From NCBI GenBank assembly GCA_023266475.1, contig JAHFQA010000003.1, positions 1 to 50,985 on the forward strand: a DNA stretch of 50,985 nucleotides, written 5' to 3'. Source of the DNA: Candidatus Woesearchaeota archaeon (lineage in GTDB: Archaea; Nanobdellota; Nanobdellia; Woesearchaeales; GW2011-AR4). The notes below the pieces were generated by a model, which was not told the origin of the DNA, did not search any database, and worked only from the letters and a program-made list of their open reading frames with translations. Below are positions 19,219-27,803 of this stretch, piece after piece. The stretch's first letter is position 1. Every line of letters starts with the position of its first letter. Both the position numbers and the translations under genes were made by a program.

Positions 19219-20433
19219 ATGCTTAAGGACTACTTTAAGTTTGCTTTTGGATCTATAAGTCATCGAAAATTAAGGTCGTGGCTTACTATGATAGGAATTT
19301 TTATAGGCATTGCTGCAGTAGTCGCTTTGATTTCTCTTGGGCAAGGGTTTAAGCAGGCAATAGACAAGGAATTTGAAAAGATAGGGACAGACAAACTGTT
19401 TATAACAGCCAAAGGCGGTTTTGGTCCGCCCGGAACAAATGCTGTTGTGCAGATTACGAAAGAAGATTTAAGGGTTGTAAGAATGGCAGGCGGGATTGAA
19501 AACGCAGCCGGATTCCTACTAGAAAATTCAAAAGTTGAATTCGAGGATAATGTTGGATTTTTCCAGGTTCAGAGCATTCCGAAAGGTGAAGGCAGAAAAC
19601 TTCTTGCTGAGACTCAAAGCCTAATAGTAAAAGAAGGGCGCGACTTAAGAGACAATGACAGGTTTAGTGTTGTAGTTGGCATAAATTTTGTAGAAAAGGA
19701 ATTGCTTGGAAAAAATCTTAGGCTACGGGACAGAATAAAAATCAACAATAAGGAATTTACTATAATAGGAATTCTAGGGAAGACTGGGGACCCAGGAAGA
19801 GACAACTCATTATTTATTCCTGAAGATATATTGAGGGATGTTTTCAGCGAGCCAGACAAGATCGACACAATAATGGTAAAAGTTGCGAATGTTGCGAATA
19901 TAGACACAATTGCAGAAAAAATAAAGAATGATTTGAGGGGTTTCAGAAATGTAAAAAAAGATGATGAAGATTTTGATGTCCAAACTCCCGAGCAGTTGCT
20001 GGGTTCATTTGGTGACGTCATAAATATTGTGCAATCAGTATTGATAGGGATAGCTGCAATCTCCTTGCTTGTAGGAGGAATTGGAATTGCAAATACAATG
20101 TACACTGCTGTAATTGAAAGGACAAAGGAAATCGGAATTATGAAGTCTGTAGGCGGGCGGAACAGGGACATTTTGCTGATTTTTATTATTGAGAGCGGCA
20201 TGCTTGGTGCAATTGGCGGTCTGATAGGCGTTGTCCTCGGATTTGGACTAAGCTATGGCGTTGAATTGGCCGCGAAAAATATTATTGGAACAAATCTGAT
20301 AGAAGCATATTTTTCCTACTATTTGTTTTTTGGTGCCTTATTGTTTTCATTTGTTATAGGCGCAATATTTGGAGTTATGCCTGCAAAGCAAGCGTCTTCA
20401 TTGCAGCCGGTTGAGGCCTTGCGTTCAAAATGA
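19219..20433 (+). CDS. ABC transporter permease, MacB/FtsX type
   Basis: N-terminal TM, large extracytoplasmic domain, C-terminal FtsX-like 3-TM bundle (ANTMYTAVIERTKEIGIMKSVGG). Confidence 0.88.
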   Translation: MLKDYFKFAFGSISHRKLRSWLTMIGIFIGIAAVVALISLGQGFKQAIDKEFEKIGTDKLFITAKGGFGPPGTNAVVQITKEDLRVVRMAGGIENAAGFLLENSKVEFEDNVGFFQVQSIPKGEGRKLLAETQSLIVKEGRDLRDNDRFSVVVGINFVEKELLGKNLRLRDRIKINNKEFTIIGILGKTGDPGRDNSLFIPEDILRDVFSEPDKIDTIMVKVANVANIDTIAEKIKNDLRGFRNVKKDDEDFDVQTPEQLLGSFGDVINIVQSVLIGIAAISLLVGGIGIANTMYTAVIERTKEIGIMKSVGGRNRDILLIFIIESGMLGAIGGLIGVVLGFGLSYGVELAAKNIIGTNLIEAYFSYYLFFGALLFSFVIGAIFGVMPAKQASSLQPVEALRSK

Positions 20434-22614
20434 TAAAAGACTACATCAAAGTCGGTGTAAGCAACTTATTGCATAGAAGAATGCGTTCATGGCTTACTAT
20501 GATAGGAATATTCATTGGCATAGCAACTGTTGTTGCGTTAATCTCTTTGGGACAGGGAATGAAAGAAGCAATTGGAAATGTATTTTTAAACATCGGCTCA
20601 GACAAACTCGCTGTCATGGCAAAAAGCAGCTCGCAATTTTCTGGGCCGCCTGGCAGCAGCGCAGCCTCAAATTTAACAACTCACGACGTTGATGTGATAA
20701 AAAGAGTTCAGGGAGTTGATGTTGTTGGAGCAAGGCTGATTAAGCCTGCCAAGCTGGAATTCAACAAGGAAGTTAAATTTTATTTTGCAGCCTCAATGCC
20801 GGATGACGAAGAAGGAAGGAAGCTTATTACGGAATTTAACCACTATGAGCCAGAAAAGGGAAGGCTGCTGAAGAATGGCGATAAATTCAAAGTCTTTATT
20901 GGCAACAGCGTTGCAAACAAAGGCGTATTCAAGAAAAAAAATATTGAGCTTGGGAATAAAATAAAAATAAATGATGCAGAATTTGATGTAGTTGGAATTC
21001 TTAAGAAAAGCGGAAATCCTCAGCAAGACAGGGTTGTGATTGTTCCAGAAGATGCCTTAAGGGAAGTTTTGAAAATCGACAAAAAAAAGGTTGATGTGAT
21101 TGCTGTCAAAGTTCAGAAAGGCATTGATGTTAACAATGTAGCTCGTGAAATCGAGAACGCAATGCGGCGCGACAGGGATTTAGATATTGGAAAGGAAGAT
21201 TTCCAAGTTCAGACACCTCAGCAGATTTTATCAATACTTGATAATATTTTAACAATAGTTGAGATTGTGCTTATTGGAATAGCTGCAATCTCCTTGCTTG
21301 TAGGAGGAATTGGAATTGCAAATACAATGTACACTGCTGTAATTGAAAGGACAAAGGAAATCGGAATTATGAAGTCTGTAGGCGGGCGGAACAGGGACAT
21401 TTTGCTGATTTTTATTATTGAGAGCGGCATGCTTGGTGCAATTGGCGGTCTGATAGGCGTTGTCCTCGGATTTGGACTAAGCTATGGCGTTGAATTGGCC
21501 GCGAAAAATATTATTGGAACAAATCTGATAGAAGCATATTTTTCCTACTATTTGTTTTTTGGTGCCTTATTGTTTTCATTTGTTATAGGCGCAATATTTG
21601 GAGTTATGCCTGCAAAGCAAGCGTCTTCATTGCAGCCGGTTGAGGCCTTGCGTTCAAAATGATAAAAGACTACATCAAAGTCGGTGTAAGCAACTTATTG
21701 CATAGAAGAATGCGTTCATGGCTTACTATGATAGGAATATTCATTGGCATAGCAACTGTTGTTGCGTTAATCTCTTTGGGACAGGGAATGAAAGAAGCAA
21801 TTGGAAATGTATTTTTAAACATCGGCTCAGACAAACTCGCTGTCATGGCAAAAAGCAGCTCGCAATTTTCTGGGCCGCCTGGCAGCAGCGCAGCCTCAAA
21901 TTTAACAACTCACGACGTTGATGTGATAAAAAGAGTTCAGGGAGTTGATGTTGTTGGAGCAAGGCTGATTAAGCCTGCCAAGCTGGAATTCAACAAGGAA
22001 GTTAAATTTTATTTTGCAGCCTCAATGCCGGATGACGAAGAAGGAAGGAAGCTTATTACGGAATTTAACCACTATGAGCCAGAAAAGGGAAGGCTGCTGA
22101 AGAATGGCGATAAATTCAAAGTCTTTATTGGCAACAGCGTTGCAAACAAAGGCGTATTCAAGAAAAAAAATATTGAGCTTGGGAATAAAATAAAAATAAA
22201 TGATGCAGAATTTGATGTAGTTGGAATTCTTAAGAAAAGCGGAAATCCTCAGCAAGACAGGGTTGTGATTGTTCCAGAAGATGCCTTAAGGGAAGTTTTG
22301 AAAATCGACAAAAAAAAGGTTGATGTGATTGCTGTCAAAGTTCAGAAAGGCATTGATGTTAACAATGTAGCTCGTGAAATCGAGAACGCAATGCGGCGCG
22401 ACAGGGATTTAGATATTGGAAAGGAAGATTTCCAAGTTCAGACACCTCAGCAGATTTTATCAATACTTGATAATATTTTAACAATAGTTGAGATTGTGCT
22501 TATTGGAATAGCTGCAATCTCCTTGCTTGTAGGAGGAATTGGAATTGCAAATACAATGTACACTGCTGTAATTGAAAGGACAAAGGAAATCGGAATTATG
22601 AAGTCTGTAGGCGG
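20050..22614 (+). repeat. Perfect tandem direct repeat, period 1229 bp, two copies plus a 107-bp third copy
   Basis: 20050..21278 matches 21279..22507 at every position I compared. The 107-bp segment occurs three times (20050..20156, 21279..21385, 22508..22614). Confidence 0.9.
20430..21662 (+). CDS. ABC transporter permease, MacB/FtsX type (chimeric product of the tandem duplication)
   Basis: The N-terminal ~320 aa are identical to 21659..22891. The C-terminal ~130 aa are identical to 19219..20433. Confidence 0.75.
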   Translation: MIKDYIKVGVSNLLHRRMRSWLTMIGIFIGIATVVALISLGQGMKEAIGNVFLNIGSDKLAVMAKSSSQFSGPPGSSAASNLTTHDVDVIKRVQGVDVVGARLIKPAKLEFNKEVKFYFAASMPDDEEGRKLITEFNHYEPEKGRLLKNGDKFKVFIGNSVANKGVFKKKNIELGNKIKINDAEFDVVGILKKSGNPQQDRVVIVPEDALREVLKIDKKKVDVIAVKVQKGIDVNNVAREIENAMRRDRDLDIGKEDFQVQTPQQILSILDNILTIVEIVLIGIAAISLLVGGIGIANTMYTAVIERTKEIGIMKSVGGRNRDILLIFIIESGMLGAIGGLIGVVLGFGLSYGVELAAKNIIGTNLIEAYFSYYLFFGALLFSFVIGAIFGVMPAKQASSLQPVEALRSK

Positions 22615-22891
22615 CCAGAACAGGGACATTTTATTGATTTTTATTATTGAGAGCGGCTTACTGGGCTTGGTTGGCGGGGTAATTGGAATTTCAATTGGAA
22701 TTGGATTAAGCAAGCTTGTTGAGTATCTTGCATTTACAATTTTAGGAACAAGCCTGATAAAGGCTTATTTCCCATGGTATTTGATAGTTGGATCTTTATT
22801 ATTTTCGGTGCTGATTGGAACAGTATCTGGGCTGCTTCCTGCAAAACAGGCTGCTTCGCTGAAGCCAGTGGATGCTTTGAGATATGAATAA
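21659..22891 (+). CDS. ABC transporter permease, MacB/FtsX type
   Basis: Same architecture as the first permease but with its own divergent C-terminal TM bundle. Confidence 0.88.
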   Translation: MIKDYIKVGVSNLLHRRMRSWLTMIGIFIGIATVVALISLGQGMKEAIGNVFLNIGSDKLAVMAKSSSQFSGPPGSSAASNLTTHDVDVIKRVQGVDVVGARLIKPAKLEFNKEVKFYFAASMPDDEEGRKLITEFNHYEPEKGRLLKNGDKFKVFIGNSVANKGVFKKKNIELGNKIKINDAEFDVVGILKKSGNPQQDRVVIVPEDALREVLKIDKKKVDVIAVKVQKGIDVNNVAREIENAMRRDRDLDIGKEDFQVQTPQQILSILDNILTIVEIVLIGIAAISLLVGGIGIANTMYTAVIERTKEIGIMKSVGGQNRDILLIFIIESGLLGLVGGVIGISIGIGLSKLVEYLAFTILGTSLIKAYFPWYLIVGSLLFSVLIGTVSGLLPAKQAASLKPVDALRYE

Positions 22892-22904
22892 TATTATTAA
22901 AAAA

Positions 22905-22978
22905 AGCCTCCGAGGAGATTTGAACTCCCGACCTGCGCTTTACGAGAGCGCCGCTCTACCAGGCTGAGCCACAGAGGC
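22905..22978 (-). tRNA. tRNA-Thr (anticodon CGU)
   Basis: The reverse complement folds as a cloverleaf. Acceptor GCCTCTG/CGGAGGC, D-arm GCTC-AGCCTGGTA-GAGC, anticodon stem GCGCT/AGCGC with loop CTCGTAA, T-arm GGGAG-TTCAAAT-CTCCT. 74 nt, no encoded CCA, followed by a T-run. Confidence 0.9.
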
Positions 22979-23121
22979 AATAAAATAAGAATAATAATCA
23001 ATATTTTAAAAATATTCGTAAAAATTTGAAGTTTCTGTCAAAGTTCTCCTTCAGAGTTAGTTTTAGTCCTTTTTCCCTTTGACAATAAGGCAATTCAATA
23101 AAAATAATTTCTATTAAAATA

Positions 23122-23292
23122 TTACTTAATCACCTTAAGCATTTCTTCTTTTGAAATGAATTTTTTCTGGCATTCAAAGCAAACCGGATGCAGTTTTCCA
23201 TTTTTATCCTTGACATAAGTTCCAAGGATTTTACTAAGAAAAGTCGTATCAATTGATTTATTGCAGATTGAGCATTTCATTTTAGCGTTCAT
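23122..23292 (-). CDS. Small zinc-ribbon protein (56 aa; below the ORF-track cutoff)
   Basis: My translation: MNAKMKCSICNKSIDTTFLSKILGTYVKDKNGKLHPVCFECQKKFISKEEMLKVIK. It has CxxC...CxxC and fills an otherwise empty gap divergent from ABCE1. Confidence 0.5.
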   Translation of the reverse strand: MNAKMKCSICNKSIDTTFLSKILGTYVKDKNGKLHPVCFECQKKFISKEEMLKVIK

Positions 23293-23450
23293 ATTTATAT
23301 TATTTTATAATTGTTTTGTTTGCTTAATGCCATTTATTCCACAATATTTAAAAACAATGATTGTTTTTAATGCTTTATGCTCATTTTAATGTCAAAATAC
23401 CAAACAAAACAATTTTTCTAGTATACACTATCTAGTTATATTTCTTAAAA

Positions 23451-25205
23451 ATGACGCGACTAGCTATTGTGGATAACGAGAAGCTTAAAGATATGCAACA
23501 GAAATTGCATATACAGAGCATATGTCCGGTTAACAGGACGGGAAATGAATGCATCAAGATAGAGGCAGATGGAAAGCTTTCAATTGACGAGCACCTTTGT
23601 ACAGGATGCGGAATCTGCCCCAAAGCAGCACCTCTTGCAATAAAGATAATAAACCTGCCCGAAGAACTGACAACAAAGCCAATACACAGATTCGGAGAAA
23701 ACAAATTTGTCCTTTATTCAATTCCTACACCGACATTTGGAAAAGTAACAGGAATCCTTGGAGTCAATGGGATTGGGAAATCAACTGCGATTAAAATCTT
23801 AGCATCTGTCCTAAAGCCAAATTTTGGAGATTATGACACATACGACTCAAACTTTGATGAGTTGATTTCATTCTTCAAAGGTACAGAAGCCCAGGGTTTT
23901 TTTGAAAAAATCAAGCAAGGTGAAATAAAAGTTGCCTACAAGCCCCAGCAAGTTGACTTGATTCCGAAATCAACAAAAGGCAAAGTCATTGATTTGCTCA
24001 AGAAGGTTGACGAAAAAAACGAGCTAAAGAGAGTAGTTAACGAATTGCAGATTAATGAAATTTTAAACAATGAAATATCCGAAATATCAGGAGGGGAATT
24101 ACAAAGGGTTGCAATTGCTGCCACTGTTTTGAAGAATGCCAACCTGTATATTTTTGACGAGCCGACGAGCTATTTGGACATAAAGCAGAGAATAAACGTA
24201 AGCAAATTCGTCAAGTCACTGATTGACGCGAATAATTCTGTAATTGTTGTTGAGCACGACTTGGTAATATTAGACTATATTGCTGATTTAGTTCATTTAA
24301 TGTATGGAAAAGAAGATGCTTATGGAATAGTAAGTGGGGTTAAGCCAGTAAGAAATGGTATTAATGTTTACTTGTCAGGCTATATCAAGGAAGAAAATAT
24401 AAGATTTAGAGACTCTACAATAAAATTTGCTGAAAAACCGCCTATAAAGAAGAAGCACGCAAAAGAAATCGTTTCATCATGGAAAGACATTGAAAAGAAA
24501 CTAGGAAATTTTCATCTAAAAGCTCATCACGGCTCAATACACAAAGATGAGATAATTGGAATTTTAGGAGAGAATGGAATAGGCAAGACAACTTTTGTAA
24601 AGGTACTAGCCAGTACATTAAAGCAGGATAAAGGGGAGATTGAAAAAAAAGTAACTGTGAGCTACAAGCCCCAATACCTTGAAGTTTCAGATTCGTTAGT
24701 TATAGATGTTCTCAAGATTGCATTCAATAAATATGAAAACCAGATTATACATCCATTAAACATAGTCCCGTTATCATTAAAAAAATTAAATGAGTTGTCT
24801 GGCGGGGAGCTTCAGAGAGTAGCAATCGCTTATTGTTTGCAGCAAGATGCGGATTTGTACCTGCTTGACGAGCCATCTGCTTATCTTGATTCTGAGCAAA
24901 GACTCATACTTTCTAAGATTATAAGGGATTTCATTGAGAACAAGGGCGCGTCTGCATTAATCGTTGACCATGATTTATTGTTTGTAGATTATATAAGCGA
25001 CAGGCTAATTGTTTTTGAGGGAAGGCCGGCAATTGAAGGAAATGCAGCTGGACCGTTTGAAATGGAAGAGGGAATGAACAAATTTTTGAAAGAATTACAA
25101 ATAACGCTTCGTCGTGATCCCGAAACACATAGGCCAAGAGTAAATAAACTGGATTCAAGATTAGACAGGGAGCAAAAGGAAAGCGGGAGATATTATTACA
25201 ATTAA
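23451..25205 (+). CDS. abce1: ABCE1 / RNase L inhibitor ribosome-recycling ATPase
   Basis: N-terminal ferredoxin-like domain (CTGCGIC), two ABC cassettes (GVNGIGKST, GENGIGKTT; twice SGGELQRVAIA), archaeal-typical length of 584 aa. Confidence 0.95.
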   Translation: MTRLAIVDNEKLKDMQQKLHIQSICPVNRTGNECIKIEADGKLSIDEHLCTGCGICPKAAPLAIKIINLPEELTTKPIHRFGENKFVLYSIPTPTFGKVTGILGVNGIGKSTAIKILASVLKPNFGDYDTYDSNFDELISFFKGTEAQGFFEKIKQGEIKVAYKPQQVDLIPKSTKGKVIDLLKKVDEKNELKRVVNELQINEILNNEISEISGGELQRVAIAATVLKNANLYIFDEPTSYLDIKQRINVSKFVKSLIDANNSVIVVEHDLVILDYIADLVHLMYGKEDAYGIVSGVKPVRNGINVYLSGYIKEENIRFRDSTIKFAEKPPIKKKHAKEIVSSWKDIEKKLGNFHLKAHHGSIHKDEIIGILGENGIGKTTFVKVLASTLKQDKGEIEKKVTVSYKPQYLEVSDSLVIDVLKIAFNKYENQIIHPLNIVPLSLKKLNELSGGELQRVAIAYCLQQDADLYLLDEPSAYLDSEQRLILSKIIRDFIENKGASALIVDHDLLFVDYISDRLIVFEGRPAIEGNAAGPFEMEEGMNKFLKELQITLRRDPETHRPRVNKLDSRLDREQKESGRYYYN

Positions 25206-25765
25206 GCCCTTCCCTTGCTTTCACCCAAAGTAACTCCGGCAGCAATTAAATGCGCCAGTCTGATTGGCTCTGGAATCAGGCTTCTAGTGCAGACGATTTT
25301 GAGGATTTTTCTTGATTTTTCCAAATCAATTCCATTCAACTGGACAAAAATATTGTCAATTTTTTCAACCTTTCCTGCTTTTTCTATTAATTTTATTTTG
25401 TTTTTCTTTTTTATTTTTATTAATGTTTTCTTAATTTTTTCAATGTCCGGACTTCTTCTTATTGCAACAATAACGGGCAGGTTAGTTTTTTTGCTTAATT
25501 TTTTGACATCAACAATGTTGAAACCAGCAACTGCAATTCCATCAAGAAAAATACATTGCAATTGAGGCTTGAACTTGCATTTGTTTATCATTTCAATTAT
25601 CTTATCTGTTGAATCATTTCCGTCAACGGACACTTTTGTAGATAAAATGCCGTCAACCCAAGAGCCTCCCCTCATTACAACACCAACTACAAGTATTTTC
25701 TTGTCATTGAACTTGTTGAAAGGGCTGTCATCAATTCCAATAACCCTGATTTCTTTCTTGACCAT
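25202..25765 (-). CDS. DUF99 (UPF0215) family protein, endonuclease-V-like fold
   Basis: N-terminus RVIGIDDSPF and GVVMRGG are typical of archaeal DUF99 proteins. Confidence 0.7.
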   Translation of the reverse strand: MVKKEIRVIGIDDSPFNKFNDKKILVVGVVMRGGSWVDGILSTKVSVDGNDSTDKIIEMINKCKFKPQLQCIFLDGIAVAGFNIVDVKKLSKKTNLPVIVAIRRSPDIEKIKKTLIKIKKKNKIKLIEKAGKVEKIDNIFVQLNGIDLEKSRKILKIVCTRSLIPEPIRLAHLIAAGVTLGESKGRA

Positions 25766-26001
25766 CTTAATAGTAGCTTATTTCTAATATTAGTAATTAT
25801 TTTTCTGATATATTATAAATTGATATTTTTCAGTGTTATTCCCCAATAAGTTAATTTATCGGTTTATGTATTAGGGTATTTGTTATTGTTATCCTTTAGT
25901 TATTACTATTAGTCCTACTTGCGCTTGAAAATTAGCGCATTCAAATAAATAAAATAACAATTAAAAAATTAAAATCAAAACGATTTAAAAAATAAAAAAA
26001 C

Positions 26002-26913
26002 CTATTCCCTGAACTCTATGTCATCAATTATACCATCGGAGTCCAAGTCAATTCCTTCAACTACTTTCGCCTTAATGCTGGGATTGTGAATATTTCCATT
26101 GGTAATTTTCTTGAAGTCTTTCAAAAATGCAATAATCGCTGCTCTTGTGCCGCTGAATCTTTTTCCAGCAACAACCAAAACGAATTTGTCTTTGGTGAGT
26201 GGGCTTTTTGCCTTAACAATAAGGCCACACTCATCTTGTGGATAAGTTTCATTGGATATTGTTGACTTGATATTGCCGTCTTCAAACCTTATGGGGAGCT
26301 TCGAATTTACTTTTTCAACAACTTTGTTGACAACAGGACCGCCGATTAGGATAAGATTATTGTTGAAATCCTCGTCCCTTACTTCTGTATCGAGCTTTAC
26401 ATTGAATTTTGGAACGTAATTGAGAAAAGTCCCCAAAAATAATGCCAGGTCCATTCCATAATATCCGTCCCTGCTTCTTGCCTTGTCAGGGCCGTGCGGG
26501 TCAGGGGATCCAACAATGATTAAGGAATCCATCTTTCCGTCTTTTATAAACGGCTCAAGAAACTCTGATTCATTTCTGATCTGGCCGATCTTGCTTGTTG
26601 TCTCAAAATTCTTGAATTTTATTACAAAAGCCGGCTCTGTCAATGCATAGAAGTTAGCTGTAGCTCCTTGTTTTGTTTCCTTTCTAACAATTTTTATGAT
26701 TCCGGCTTTTTTAAGGTTCCTTATATGATAGTAAATTTTTTGCTCGTGAACTTTCAGGGATTTGGCAACATCTATTGGATACATTGGCTCTTTCGACAGA
26801 AGATTAAGGATTTTGTGAGCCAGCGGAGAGCTCACGCTTCTTGCATTCTCGACATTTATTTCCTTTGCAGGCAATGAGTAAACTTCGTTTTTTTGCTTGT
26901 CTATTACGAACAT
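26002..26913 (-). CDS. ArsR-like wHTH transcriptional regulator with uncharacterised C-terminal domain
   Basis: N-terminal wHTH (SPLAHKILNLLSKEPMYPIDVAKSLKVHEQKIYYHIRNLKKAGII) plus a ~200-aa alpha/beta C-terminal domain. Confidence 0.65.
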   Translation of the reverse strand: MFVIDKQKNEVYSLPAKEINVENARSVSSPLAHKILNLLSKEPMYPIDVAKSLKVHEQKIYYHIRNLKKAGIIKIVRKETKQGATANFYALTEPAFVIKFKNFETTSKIGQIRNESEFLEPFIKDGKMDSLIIVGSPDPHGPDKARSRDGYYGMDLALFLGTFLNYVPKFNVKLDTEVRDEDFNNNLILIGGPVVNKVVEKVNSKLPIRFEDGNIKSTISNETYPQDECGLIVKAKSPLTKDKFVLVVAGKRFSGTRAAIIAFLKDFKKITNGNIHNPSIKAKVVEGIDLDSDGIIDDIEFRE

Positions 26914-27024
26914 AAAGACATGATAGAATAACTACTATAAAAAGTTTTTTAATGGTGTTATAGATTAAATGTGTATATAGGATTTAATGAAAGATTTAAA
27001 AAATCCGTATTATTACCATAGAGT

Positions 27025-27654
27025 ATGAATCTGGAAGCTATTACTGAAGCGGACAATATACCGAAAATAGTAAGAATCAACCGCAATAAAGCTTATCTAA
27101 GATTTGGATTTAAATGCAGGTATTATAATGTTGACACAGTGCATCTTGGATTTGATGGCAGTGCAACTCAAAGATTCGAGCTTGTTTATGAAGCACCTTT
27201 AGAAAGGGACAGGAGATTTGACCCCTCACCATTTCTTGAAACCATTTTTGTGTTATTTGGATATTTCAAATATGATGACGGCGTTTTGTACAAGATCCAG
27301 ATAGATGGTTCGCCACTGCCTAATCAAAATCAGGATATGACGAGTCAAGCTCAAGTTGACGACCGATTTATTGTATTCCAGAGCCGCAGGCTTTATGCTG
27401 CTTTTATGAATGGCCTTCTTGAGGACTATCAGATAAACCCGGATAGGAATAAAGAGCCTGCCCAAGCCTTACTTAAAACTTTCAGGATTTTCTCTGAAGT
27501 GACGGCACCGAGCTTTAACGGGAACAATCGCCATATGGGCTTATTAAACCCGCGTCTGTTGGAAATGGGGAAAGACCCAATATTGAATAAATATATTGTT
27601 AAGGCAAGAGAAATGATCCGGCAAGAGCAGCAAGCATTAAAATATTTTTTATAA
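27025..27654 (+). CDS. Hypothetical protein
   Basis: 209-aa ORF occupying its own gap. No motif recognised. Locally looks less AT-rich than its neighbours. Confidence 0.55.
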   Translation: MNLEAITEADNIPKIVRINRNKAYLRFGFKCRYYNVDTVHLGFDGSATQRFELVYEAPLERDRRFDPSPFLETIFVLFGYFKYDDGVLYKIQIDGSPLPNQNQDMTSQAQVDDRFIVFQSRRLYAAFMNGLLEDYQINPDRNKEPAQALLKTFRIFSEVTAPSFNGNNRHMGLLNPRLLEMGKDPILNKYIVKAREMIRQEQQALKYFL

Positions 27655-27729
27655 TACTCCTAAAAATTCTTTAATAAGATATATAAATAAGCTATGCTAT
27701 ACTTTTACATCTCATCTTATAAACGTTTT

Positions 27730-27765
27730 CGGTGCGCCTTGCTCCTCTTTTGGTGCACCGTTTTT
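27730..27765 (+). terminator. GC-rich hairpin plus T-run between the hypothetical gene and glmS
   Basis: CGGTGCGCC (27730..27738) pairs with GGTGCACCG (27752..27760), with one G-U. 13-nt loop, then TTTTT (27761..27765). AAACG/CGTTT flanks. Confidence 0.4.
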
Positions 27766-27803
27766 GTTTCAAAATATAATATTAATCTATGAGGCTGAAA
27801 TAA

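Noticed and set aside
23034-23082. 8-bp inverted repeat TGTCAAAG...CTTTGACA with a 33-nt spacer between the zinc-ribbon ORF and tRNA-Thr.
   Set aside because: The arms are short and the loop long. This is compatible with chance and there is no supporting context.
27721-27803. Possibility that the structured element upstream of glmS is a glmS ribozyme.
   Set aside because: The glmS ribozyme is a much larger bacterial element. Only one simple hairpin is present here, so it is reported just as a hairpin or terminator candidate.
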